60,825 bases of DNA from Planctomycetia bacterium (GTDB lineage: Bacteria; Planctomycetota; Planctomycetia; Pirellulales; PALSA-1355): assembly GCA_041499515.1 (NCBI GenBank), contig JBGQKM010000001.1, positions 1 to 60,825 of the forward strand, written 5' to 3'. The translations under genes were made by a program, and so were the position numbers. Below the pieces are notes generated by a model. The model did no database searches and was not told the origin of the DNA. It saw only the letters and a list, made by a program, of their open reading frames with translations. This document shows, in pieces, positions 20,260 to 29,150 of the stretch; position 1 is the stretch's first letter; each line of letters opens with the position of its first letter.

Positions 20260-21957
20260 TTAGCCGCGCATTGCAGCGAGCAGCAGCCCTGGCAATTTCC
20301 AGACCGAGGGTTTGCAGTACAAATCGAGCACTTTCCAGGCGATCGGCTCCGGCCGTCGATGTGTTGGAAACCAGAACGGCTTGGGCGAAATCGTGAGGGG
20401 GCCTTCCAGCACGGTTTTTTGCACGCTCTGGAGCATGAAGGTGTTGTGCACCGAACCGACGCCGCTCTGAGCATCCTGCAGAGTGCCGGTGGGATAGCCG
20501 CCCCAGGGCGGACTCATCATGGCATAAACCAGTGCCGGCCAATGATTCACGCCCACGGCGCCGTAGCGCAGCTCGGACAGGCCCGCCTGAAAACAAGATT
20601 CATTCCGGGGATCACGGCGAAAGCCGGGATGCACGGTCACAGCCGCGCTGAGCGTGCCCCAGAGCTTCTCATTGGCAAACTCGACGGCCCGGCGAAAAAA
20701 CTCGTTTTCGTCATTGGCCGCCAGCCCGATTTCGGCGCACACGCAAACGAACGATTCCTCGCAAAACAATTGCGGCATCTTTTGCGGATCGGCCTCGCGC
20801 AGCAACGTCCAAGGCAGCGTGTCGTCGGGCGCCGACGCGGCGGGCCTGCCCGAAAACCGGGCATAGCGGTCGCGGGCACCCGGATAATAAGCTCGCCGTC
20901 GCGGCACCTGGGTCAGCACGTTGTCCAGCAGGTCGAGAAACTTTTGTCGCTGCGGCCAATGCCTCCAAGTGATGATCACCTTCGTGGCCACGCAATTGAA
21001 TGAAGCATTGTTGGTGATCGAGGCCGCGACGTTTTCCGCCTGAAAACGCAATTGCTTGTCTGAATAAAGTCCCGGCACCACGATCCAGGGACTCACGTTG
21101 CCCAGTTCGCTCGTGATCGGTTTTTTCAACACGGGGTCGCGCTCGTGCTTGCGGCGCTCGCGCTCGGACCCCGGCGGTCCCCACACGATCGCGTCGTGGG
21201 AATGAATCGAGCCGGTAATGTGGACCTGGTCGACCTGCGGATGTTCGACCGCGGCGGCGCCGACGTCCGCCCCGCCATAGATGATCCGCACGAAGCCGGC
21301 TTCGATCAGTCGCGCGAAAAGCCGCTGCAGAATGGGACCCAAGTATTCGTTCACCGGGTTCATCTTCAGCAGCACGACCTGCCCTTCTTGGAAGATTTTG
21401 GAAATCGTATCGGTGGCCGGAATGCTCGACACGTTGCCGGCCCCCAGCACGAGCACCGTTTGGGCCGGGCCAGGGTTCTTCAGACGATGCCCCAACCGCT
21501 GCAGATCGTCGCGGCTGACTTCCGGCGCCAGCCAACTGTGGGCCTTGAAGCCCGCAAAAACCAGCGGATCGAACAAACCGCGCACCGGCACGACTTGCAC
21601 GCGCAGCGCGCCGTCGGGTCCCTGCTTGGGCTTTGCCGGAAGCGGGATGCGTCCGGTCGTCTGCAGAGCGTTGTAGTTCTGAATCAGCAGCCGCAAATGT
21701 CGCGCCGTCGACACCGGCCCGGCCGCGACTTCTTCGCCGCGCAGCGGACTTCCGGCGGGAATGCCCTTGGCCTCGCACGCCGCTTCCACCCACTCGGGCG
21801 CCAATGGTGCAACGCGCTGCAGACAATCCTCCAACAGCGTGACGCGCTGCGCCAAAGAAAGCGTGCTCAGTTTTGCTTTGGCCGAAACCAACTCGGCCAC
21901 GGCGCGATTGACCTGTTCGGCCGAAGCGGGGGATTGCTTGAGGGTCAGGGTGGACAT
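20260..21957 (-). CDS. Aldehyde dehydrogenase family protein
   Basis: ALDH-like length and layout. Motifs include VLGAGNVSSIP, ELGNVSPWIVVPG (ELGG-type) and the catalytic-Cys region FNCVATKVI. ATG 21957 is preferred, overlapping the upstream gene by 13 nt. Confidence 0.8.
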   Translation of the reverse strand: MSTLTLKQSPASAEQVNRAVAELVSAKAKLSTLSLAQRVTLLEDCLQRVAPLAPEWVEAACEAKGIPAGSPLRGEEVAAGPVSTARHLRLLIQNYNALQTTGRIPLPAKPKQGPDGALRVQVVPVRGLFDPLVFAGFKAHSWLAPEVSRDDLQRLGHRLKNPGPAQTVLVLGAGNVSSIPATDTISKIFQEGQVVLLKMNPVNEYLGPILQRLFARLIEAGFVRIIYGGADVGAAAVEHPQVDQVHITGSIHSHDAIVWGPPGSERERRKHERDPVLKKPITSELGNVSPWIVVPGLYSDKQLRFQAENVAASITNNASFNCVATKVIITWRHWPQRQKFLDLLDNVLTQVPRRRAYYPGARDRYARFSGRPAASAPDDTLPWTLLREADPQKMPQLFCEESFVCVCAEIGLAANDENEFFRRAVEFANEKLWGTLSAAVTVHPGFRRDPRNESCFQAGLSELRYGAVGVNHWPALVYAMMSPPWGGYPTGTLQDAQSGVGSVHNTFMLQSVQKTVLEGPLTISPKPFWFPTHRRPEPIAWKVLDLYCKPSVWKLPGLLLAAMRG

Positions 21958-23582
21958 GCGACACCTTCTGGTTGACGGATGTTTGTCGATTGTTTTTCCG
22001 GCACGTGGCTCATGATCCATTCGCTCAGGGCGCAGATGGTCAGGCTGGGATTGACGCTCAAATTGACCGGCACGACCGAACCATCCGCGATGTAAAAATT
22101 CTCATACCCAAACACGCGGCCGAGGCGATCGATCACGCCTTGCGTGGCGTCGGCCGCCATGGGACATCCTCCCAGAATATGCGCTGTCGACGTGAGGTTG
22201 AACACCACTTCAGCCAGGCCGCTCGAGGCGTCGCCCTCCATCTTGACCGCCAGCCGCTTTGCCACTTCGTTGGCAATCGGAAAATACTTGGGCACTTTTT
22301 CCGTCGACTGCCAGACGGAATCCACGCGCCGCGAAAATGGCCAGTACCAACGCCGCCGCAGACTGAGACTCATGTAGTTGGGCAGAGATTGCATGACCAG
22401 CAAGATGCCCGTGCGGCGGGCCCAACCCATGGGATTGCACATCCGCAAAAAAACCAGCGGGTGGCGGGCGATCTGGCCGATCAGCCGCAAGGGTCTCGGC
22501 CAAGGCGGGCCGCCTCCGACCAGCACGGTGCACAGCGACGACATGAAATCCTGCCCACGGCCGTAGCGCACCATTTCGACGTGCGTTTCCGGGTTCGGTC
22601 GGAAACCCGACGCGATGGCGATCCCGCGTGAATAGTCGACATCCGGCTTGCGGCTGGTAGCCGCCACGAGCGCTTCGCTGTTGGTGCGCACGTAGGAGCC
22701 CAAGCGCTCGGAGAGCCGCGGCAGCGACCCCCGCTGTTTGCACTTCAACAACAAAGGCACCGTCCCCAACACGCCGCCGGAAAGCACCAGGCCCCGGCTG
22801 CGCAGTTTGTGGCGCCGTTTGAAGATCCAATCGGTGATGATTCTGGTTTCGATTTCGTAGCCTCCGCTGGGCATTTCGCGAATGTCGAGCACTTCGCTTT
22901 CGGCGATCACTTGCGTGCCCAGCCGTTCGGCCAGGTAAAGATAGTTTTTGTCCAGCGTGTTCTTGGCCTCGTGCCGGCAGCCGACCATGCAACCGCCGCA
23001 CTGCGTGCAGCCGGACCGCTCGGGCCCGCGGCCGCCGAAATAGGGGTCGGGCACGGTCTTGCCCGGCTCGCCAAAAAAAACGCCGACTTCGGTCGGATGA
23101 TAGGTGTCGCCGCGGTGCATGTCCTGGGCAATTTCGCGGAGCATGTGGTCGGTTTCGGTAGGGCACGGCGCGGTGGTGACGCCCAGCATCCGCCGGGCCG
23201 TCGCATAGTGGGGCGCCAGATTGGCCTTCCAATTTCCCAGCGTGCTCCAGCGTGGATCGGCAAACACCTCGTCCGGCGGCGCCAACAGCGTGTTGGCATA
23301 GACCAGGCTTCCACCCCCCACGCCGCAGCCGTGCAAGACCATGACATCGCGCAGCAGGGTGATGGCCTGGATGCCGAAACACCGCAGCATCGGCGCCCAG
23401 AGGTATTTGCGCACGTTCCAATTGGTCTTGGGAAAATCCTGGGCACGCCAGCGTTTGCCGCGTTCGATCACGCCGACCGAATATCCTTTTTCAGCCAATC
23501 GCAGCGCCGAAACGCTGCCGCCGAACCCCGATCCGACGACGAGGTAATCGAAATCGAATTGATCCGCGCCGGCGTGCCCCAT
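21945..23582 (-). CDS. GMC family FAD-dependent oxidoreductase
   Basis: N-terminal FAD dinucleotide motif DYLVVGSGFGGSVSALRLAEKGYSVGVIERG. C-terminal GMC signature region ...HILGGCPM...YIADGSVVPVNLSVNPSLTI. Confidence 0.85.
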   Translation of the reverse strand: MGHAGADQFDFDYLVVGSGFGGSVSALRLAEKGYSVGVIERGKRWRAQDFPKTNWNVRKYLWAPMLRCFGIQAITLLRDVMVLHGCGVGGGSLVYANTLLAPPDEVFADPRWSTLGNWKANLAPHYATARRMLGVTTAPCPTETDHMLREIAQDMHRGDTYHPTEVGVFFGEPGKTVPDPYFGGRGPERSGCTQCGGCMVGCRHEAKNTLDKNYLYLAERLGTQVIAESEVLDIREMPSGGYEIETRIITDWIFKRRHKLRSRGLVLSGGVLGTVPLLLKCKQRGSLPRLSERLGSYVRTNSEALVAATSRKPDVDYSRGIAIASGFRPNPETHVEMVRYGRGQDFMSSLCTVLVGGGPPWPRPLRLIGQIARHPLVFLRMCNPMGWARRTGILLVMQSLPNYMSLSLRRRWYWPFSRRVDSVWQSTEKVPKYFPIANEVAKRLAVKMEGDASSGLAEVVFNLTSTAHILGGCPMAADATQGVIDRLGRVFGYENFYIADGSVVPVNLSVNPSLTICALSEWIMSHVPEKQSTNIRQPEGVACPP

Positions 23583-23852
23583 GAGGCCTATTGGCTCTTA
23601 AAACGCAAGCCAATGCAAGTCCGCGGCGGCTCGTTTTTGGTGGCTGACGCTGGGGCCTGGTCCCATTGGATTTTCGTGCTCCGAGGGCTTACGCCAGCGG
23701 ACTTTCTGCGCAAGTCTCGCCCGCCGTTGAATGTCGCCAGCCAGATGATGTCCCTTTGACACGCCCCGGCCGGAACGGCTAGAGTTGCGCCAGCGGCAGT
23801 CATGCGACCCGGAGGTAAGCTTAGAGAGCGTTGGGCACGGCAATGCCTGTTC

Positions 23853-23939
23853 GGATGGGTGGCCGAGTGGTCTAAGGCGGCAGTCTTGAAAACTGCTGTA
23901 CGGGTAACCGTACCGGGGGTTCGAATCCCTCCCCATCCG
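23853..23939 (+). tRNA. tRNA-Ser (anticodon UGA)
   Basis: Acceptor GGATGGG/CCCATCC, D-arm GCCG-AGTGGTCTAA-GGCG, anticodon arm GCAGT-CTTGAAA-ACTGC (anticodon TGA), long variable arm (TGTACGGGTAACCGTACC), T-arm GGGGG-TTCGAAT-CCCTC, discriminator G. Confidence 0.9.
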
Positions 23940-24341
23940 CTTGCTGTATTTCGATTTGCGTTGGTTTCTGAGGCGCGATGCATCACGCAATATGCCACTC
24001 GCGATCCTTCATTTCTCGCGCCGATTGCACCTATCGTCGGCAATCGCGTGTCGGCGTCTTCAGGCCTGCAAGAGCGGCTACACCGCCTGTCGTTGGCCAC
24101 CAGGATTCGTGGGACAGTAGTGGTCCGTTCTGAAGGGGATCGTCGAAGTCCGGCCCATTTTTTGGGCGACGTGGCGACAAAAACCCGAACGATCGCTATG
24201 CCCGTTACAGGCGGACCATGACCCTCGGGGCGGGGCCGGGCCAGGGCCGATGCGCGCTGCAAACACGACGTAGTCTTGTTACGTCGTTGTCCAGTGTAGA
24301 CCCTGCCCCCCGAAGCAGCCCGTATTGGAACGCTTCAGAAA

Positions 24342-25787
24342 ATGCGATCAAACACCGGCCGACTTTTCGTTCTGATTCTGATCGCACAGACCGGCTGCGT
24401 CGTGGTCGGCCTGGGTTTTCATTATCTGTACGTCGCGTCGGCACTGTTACAGGCTGCGGAAAACGACACTCGGACGGAGCTTGCGCGGCAGCTTTCGATT
24501 GTGGCCGCGGGACTCGGTCAGCACGACTTGTCGTCGTTGCAACAAGATCGACCGTCGTGGACCAGCGCGGTCGCTCGTTGGCGAACCACCGCGGCCTCCA
24601 CGGACCACCTGTATCTGTTGGACCCACAGGGGCGCATTGTCGAGTCCGCGGCTTACGATGGAACGTCCTCGGGCGCTATGAGTCCCGGCGAGCCTCTGAC
24701 GTTGGCGCGTCGCAGCGCCGACTGGGGACGATTCGATCAGCCGATCCACGGCGTGCTGAAGAACTCCGGCCGCGACGATCAAGTCGCGTTGGCCGACAGC
24801 CTGGGGTCGCAGGGCGGCTACTTGCTGTTGACGCGCGTGCCCGACGCTGAGCTACTCCATCCGGCCGCGGTGCAGATGGCTCTGTGGGAAGCCGGAGCCA
24901 TTACGTTGCTGTGGACGATCGCTTTGCAAGCGGCCACGCTGTTCATGATTGTCAGTCACTACAAACAAGACAAATCGCGCGAAGGGATGAACCCTGAAGT
25001 CGAGGCGCTCAAACAGGCGCAGGCATTGGTGCGCACGCAGGACGCGGTGATTTTTGGCCTGGCTAAATTGGCGGAATCGCGCGACGCGGATACCGGCAGC
25101 CATCTCGAACGGATCGCCCACTATTCGGCGGCGCTGGCGGCCGGGCTGCGGCAGCGGCCGGAATTCCACGAGCAGATCACGCCAGCCTTCGTGCAGTTGA
25201 TCGGCATTAGCTCGGCGTTGCACGACATCGGCAAGGTTGGCTTGGAAGATTCGATTTTGCGCAAGCCGGGCAAGCTAACCGCCTCGGAACGTGCCCAGAT
25301 GCAATGTCATGCCAAGATCGGCGAAGACTGTTTGAAGGAAATCGAACGCCGCTTGGGCTCTTCGAATTTCTTGCAAATGGCGCGAGAAATCTCCTCGGCG
25401 CATCACGAGAAGTGGGACGGCCAAGGTTATCCGCTGGGCCTGGCGGGAGAACAGATTCCGCTGTCCGCCCGAATCGTGGCCCTGGCCGACGTGTACGACG
25501 CACTTTCGCGCAAGCGTGTGTACAAAGAGGCCCTGCCCCACGAGCAGTGCGTGGCGATGATCGCCAACGAGGCTGGCACGCACTTTGATCCGCGGATCGT
25601 CGATGTCTTCCTGCAGATGCAAGACCGCTTCCGCCAGATCTCGCAACAATTTCACGCGAATACCACGGCGTCGACCACAGAGGCCACGAATCGGGCCGCG
25701 CCGGCCACTGCACGGACAACCATCGAGCAATTCTTGAAGGATAACGATTTTGTCGCGGCTGCCATCAAGGATTTCGACGGGCACTAG
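24342..25787 (+). CDS. HD-GYP domain phosphodiesterase (c-di-GMP) with N-terminal membrane-anchored sensor region
   Basis: Intact motifs HLERIAHYS, ALHDIGKVGL, HHEKWDGQGYP and LADVYDALS. An N-terminal TM helix and a second TM flank a ~150-aa extracytoplasmic segment. Confidence 0.85.
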   Translation: MRSNTGRLFVLILIAQTGCVVVGLGFHYLYVASALLQAAENDTRTELARQLSIVAAGLGQHDLSSLQQDRPSWTSAVARWRTTAASTDHLYLLDPQGRIVESAAYDGTSSGAMSPGEPLTLARRSADWGRFDQPIHGVLKNSGRDDQVALADSLGSQGGYLLLTRVPDAELLHPAAVQMALWEAGAITLLWTIALQAATLFMIVSHYKQDKSREGMNPEVEALKQAQALVRTQDAVIFGLAKLAESRDADTGSHLERIAHYSAALAAGLRQRPEFHEQITPAFVQLIGISSALHDIGKVGLEDSILRKPGKLTASERAQMQCHAKIGEDCLKEIERRLGSSNFLQMAREISSAHHEKWDGQGYPLGLAGEQIPLSARIVALADVYDALSRKRVYKEALPHEQCVAMIANEAGTHFDPRIVDVFLQMQDRFRQISQQFHANTTASTTEATNRAAPATARTTIEQFLKDNDFVAAAIKDFDGH

Positions 25788-25837
25788 GCCGCGTCTCAAC
25801 AAACTGACCAGTAAACCTACGATTCAAGGAGCTAAAC

Positions 25838-26767
25838 ATGTTGCGAGCGGGAAAACGCGATCGCCTGATTCTGGAGCTGATGCTCATCGCGGTCGCCGTC
25901 GCGTTGGCATGTCTCGTCTATAAGACCGACGGCTATAAGATCGTCACGCTCAATCTGTTCTACTTGCCGGTGGTTCTCAGCGGATTCTTTCTTGGCCGCT
26001 ACTCCACCGGAGTTCTGGCCGTGTTTTGCGTGATGACCACGTCGATCATCTGCGTACTGCAGATCAACGAATTCTCCTCGTTTTATTCTCCGTTGGCGAC
26101 GGGTTTGACGATCGCAGTTTGGGGAGCCGTCTTGTGTCTCACCGCGATTCTGGTTGGCACGCTCAGCGACGAACGAACGGCACAAGCGCAAGAACTGCAC
26201 GAAGCGTATGTCGGCGTGGTCGAGGTGCTCGCGCAATACTTGCAGGGTGGCAATCCCCAACTCAACCTAGCCACGAACCGCGTCGTCAAGCTCAGTCAGC
26301 GGATCGCCTTGGAGATGAGGCTCTCGTCGAAGTGCATCGACGATATCCGGGTGGCCGCTTTAATGCAGGGCTTCAGCAGAATCGAAATCACCACCAAAGT
26401 CATCAACAAAGCCGTCCACACGCTGGAAAACAAGGGCAATGCCGGAGACTTCAGCTTTCAGGGCACCGACCTTCTCCACTCCCTCGGAGTCGTGCTGCGC
26501 GGCGCCATGCCAATTCTTATCAACCAGGAACCGAGCCTGCTGGCAGCGCTGAAAGAACGGGCACCCGCCGATGTGCCGATCGGTGCGCGAATCCTGCGAG
26601 TTGCCCGGGCCTTCGATGTGCTGACCATGGGCCGCCCCGGCGAGCATGTTTCGCCGTCGGAAGCGATCCAGGAGCTCCGGTCTGATAAAACCGCCGAATA
26701 CGACGTCGACGTCCTGGAAGTCCTCGATCGCGTGGCCGTCGAAAAGCAACAGCTCGTGCACGCGTAA
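25838..26767 (+). CDS. Integral-membrane protein with degenerate HD-GYP-like C-terminal domain
   Basis: About four N-terminal TM helices. The C-terminal part is collinear with HD-GYP domains (NRVVKLSQRIALEMRL..., IGARILRVARAFDVLTMGRP, SEAIQELR) but lacks the HD dyad (LMQGFSRIEI in place of LHDIGK) and the HHExxDGxGYP motif. Confidence 0.6.
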   Translation: MLRAGKRDRLILELMLIAVAVALACLVYKTDGYKIVTLNLFYLPVVLSGFFLGRYSTGVLAVFCVMTTSIICVLQINEFSSFYSPLATGLTIAVWGAVLCLTAILVGTLSDERTAQAQELHEAYVGVVEVLAQYLQGGNPQLNLATNRVVKLSQRIALEMRLSSKCIDDIRVAALMQGFSRIEITTKVINKAVHTLENKGNAGDFSFQGTDLLHSLGVVLRGAMPILINQEPSLLAALKERAPADVPIGARILRVARAFDVLTMGRPGEHVSPSEAIQELRSDKTAEYDVDVLEVLDRVAVEKQQLVHA

Positions 26768-26895
26768 GCTGGACTTTCGATTCGCGTGGGACGCGCGGCG
26801 GCGCGATGTCTCAATACGGTTGCGCACCCGAAAACATCGATGGGGACGGCGACGGCCTCCCCATCTTTTATTCTGCGCCTTCAGAACGCGCCGGT

Positions 26896-28449
26896 TCAGG
26901 GAAAAACTCTCAAACCCACGGCCGTATTGATGGCCAGCATGCTGCGGCGATGGCGAACCAGCAAGTCGCGATATTGGCGACCCAGATCCTCCAGGTCGCG
27001 CTGCGCGCTTAGATAGCCTCCGGCGTCGAGCGTGCCTTGGCGAAAGCTTTCCAGACTCTCTCCCCGCGCTTTTTCGGCGTCGGGGAGCAAATCTTTCTCG
27101 ATCTGCTCGAGGCCCTGCTGGGTCGCCACGTACTCGTCGTAGGCCCCTTCCACGTCGGCCACGATGCGTTGCTCGAGGGCCCGCAACTCTAGCTGCGATT
27201 GCTCGACGTTCACGGTTGCCCGCTGAATGTTGCCTTGGTTGCGGTCGAACAGCGGCACGGTCACGGTGGCTCCCACGGCCCACGATCGCGAGCTCGGCTG
27301 GTTAAAGGGCGTGTTATCCTGAAAGGTGAACGGCTGGTAGAGCACGTAAACATCGGGCAGCCGGTTGGCCCTCGAAAGCCCGACATCCGCGACCGCGCGT
27401 TGCAGTCCCAATCGGTAGGCCGCCAGATCGGGCCGATTGGCCAACGCCGACGAAACCAGTTCCGCCAGCGGCGGCGAACCCGCGGTGTGATCTCCGATCG
27501 TTCCGCGCAGTTCCAGGCGCGCGAATTCGCCGTGCGGCAGATTCAACATCATCGACAGCGAACGCTGGCCGCTCTTCCAGGCGGCCTCGGCCTCGATCAG
27601 CGCCAACGCCACCGTCTGTCGCTGGATCTGGATCTGGCGCCTGAGCGCTTCGGCGTCGCGGGCATCCCGCTTTTGTCCGGCCGATTGCTTGCGGATTTCG
27701 TCGATCTTCGCCAGCCCGCTCTTCGTGGTGCGCAGCGCAAGACGCGCGGCGAGCGCATCGACGTACGCGCTGCCCAGTCGATCGATCTCCTGGCGAACCG
27801 CGTCTTGATACAGGGCTTCGGTGACGCGCTGCGCCATGCAGGCAACCTCGACGCGCGCCTGACGCTTGCCGCTCAGGTCGACCGGATACGCCACGTTAAG
27901 ATCGTATTGCGTGGGACCCCCGGGGTTCGTGACCGAGTTGTAGGGCCGGTAAGGAATCAGTTGACTGTCGAAGTAAACCACCGGATTGGCGTGCATCCCG
28001 GCCGTGAGCACGTCGGCCCGTGCTTGCGGAATGTCCAGCGCCTTGGCGCGCAGCGATACGCTCGCGCGAACCAGCCGGTCGATCCCCTGCTCCAGGGTCA
28101 GGCCGGCGGCCGGACCCTCGTCTTCGAGCTCAAACAGCAGGGACCAGGCATTCGGAACATACACCGGTCGCGCCGGGACTTGGGGTCGAAGCGGCGCCGG
28201 CAGGCCGGGAGTGGCCTGGGGCACCTGCTGACGCTTGTTGATCGGCACGCGCGGCCGCATCGAACCCGGCCGGCTGCCAATGATCGACCCGCCGGGTTGG
28301 TTTTCGTAGGGCGTATGCGCCCCCGGCGGCGGCTGTTCGGTCGGTGAGCCGCCGGGAGGCGAGTTGGAGGATGAATCTTGGGCGCCAAGGGTTGCCGCCC
28401 AGCTCGCCTGGACCGCGATAAGGATCAGTGCATGGCAAAGCGGGCGCAT
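26896..28449 (-). CDS. TolC family outer-membrane efflux protein
   Basis: Signal peptide MRPLCHALILIAVQASWA, a low-complexity Pro/Gly linker, then the two-repeat coiled-coil/beta pattern typical of TolC/OprM/CzcC-type proteins (LTLEQGIDRLV..., ...NRLPDVYVLYQPFTFQ...). Confidence 0.8.
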   Translation of the reverse strand: MRPLCHALILIAVQASWAATLGAQDSSSNSPPGGSPTEQPPPGAHTPYENQPGGSIIGSRPGSMRPRVPINKRQQVPQATPGLPAPLRPQVPARPVYVPNAWSLLFELEDEGPAAGLTLEQGIDRLVRASVSLRAKALDIPQARADVLTAGMHANPVVYFDSQLIPYRPYNSVTNPGGPTQYDLNVAYPVDLSGKRQARVEVACMAQRVTEALYQDAVRQEIDRLGSAYVDALAARLALRTTKSGLAKIDEIRKQSAGQKRDARDAEALRRQIQIQRQTVALALIEAEAAWKSGQRSLSMMLNLPHGEFARLELRGTIGDHTAGSPPLAELVSSALANRPDLAAYRLGLQRAVADVGLSRANRLPDVYVLYQPFTFQDNTPFNQPSSRSWAVGATVTVPLFDRNQGNIQRATVNVEQSQLELRALEQRIVADVEGAYDEYVATQQGLEQIEKDLLPDAEKARGESLESFRQGTLDAGGYLSAQRDLEDLGRQYRDLLVRHRRSMLAINTAVGLRVFP

Positions 28450-28774
28450 TTCGCCGGGTCCATCGGCTCAAGGTTGTTCCGTATAAGCGTTTGAATCGGC
28501 AAATCTTGCAGTCGTCAATGATGGATTTAGCGACAGCACTTCGCCGAATAGCCACGCTATCATCGCCAGCGGTCGCGGGCCATTGGGCGGAAAATGGGGA
28601 CAGGCACCGAGACGCGCCGTTTCGGGCTGCGCGCTGGTGTCCCATGCGTCTCGGAGCCAGCCCCCATCTCCCTGGATTCGGCCGCTTGACGCGGCTAACC
28701 GTCGTTGCTATGTTACACATAGTATGTGAGACATGAACGCGGGCTTGTCGCGGGTTTATTACTGAGGTGCTGCC

Positions 28775-29128
28775 GTGCGAATCGAACGCGAATTGATGCG
28801 AGGAGCCGGGCCGGTCGCGGTGCTCAAGCTGCTGGAAAGCGGTTCCAAATATGGATACGAACTGGTCGACGCGTTGGCCCACGCTTCCGACGGCGTGCTG
28901 GACATGGGCCAATCGACCCTCTACCCGCTGCTTTACAATCTCGAAGCCCAGGGGCTGGTTCAGGCCGAATGGCGCGACGGAAGTTCCGCCCGCCGGCGAA
29001 AATATTATGCTCTGACGGCCAAGGGCAAAAAACGGCTGGCGCACGACGTCGAGCAATGGCGAGCCGTCGAACGGGCGATGCGGGGGCTCGGCGTGTTGAA
29101 ACCGGCATTGGGCGGCGCGACGGGCTAA
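28775..29128 (+). CDS. PadR family transcriptional regulator
   Basis: VAVLKLLESGSKYGYELVDAL...STLYPLLYNLEAQGLVQAEWR...RRKYYALTAKGKKRL is the canonical PadR winged helix. GTG start. Confidence 0.9.
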   Translation: MRIERELMRGAGPVAVLKLLESGSKYGYELVDALAHASDGVLDMGQSTLYPLLYNLEAQGLVQAEWRDGSSARRRKYYALTAKGKKRLAHDVEQWRAVERAMRGLGVLKPALGGATG

Positions 29129-29150
29129 TCGTTTTGCAGGAGAGGCGGCC

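Noticed and set aside
28587-28608. GCGGAAAATGGGGACAGGCACC, a possible fourth (half) copy of the REP-like element in the tolC-padR spacer.
   Set aside because: Only one arm is present and it carries several mismatches. It is too degenerate to call without a genome-wide model.
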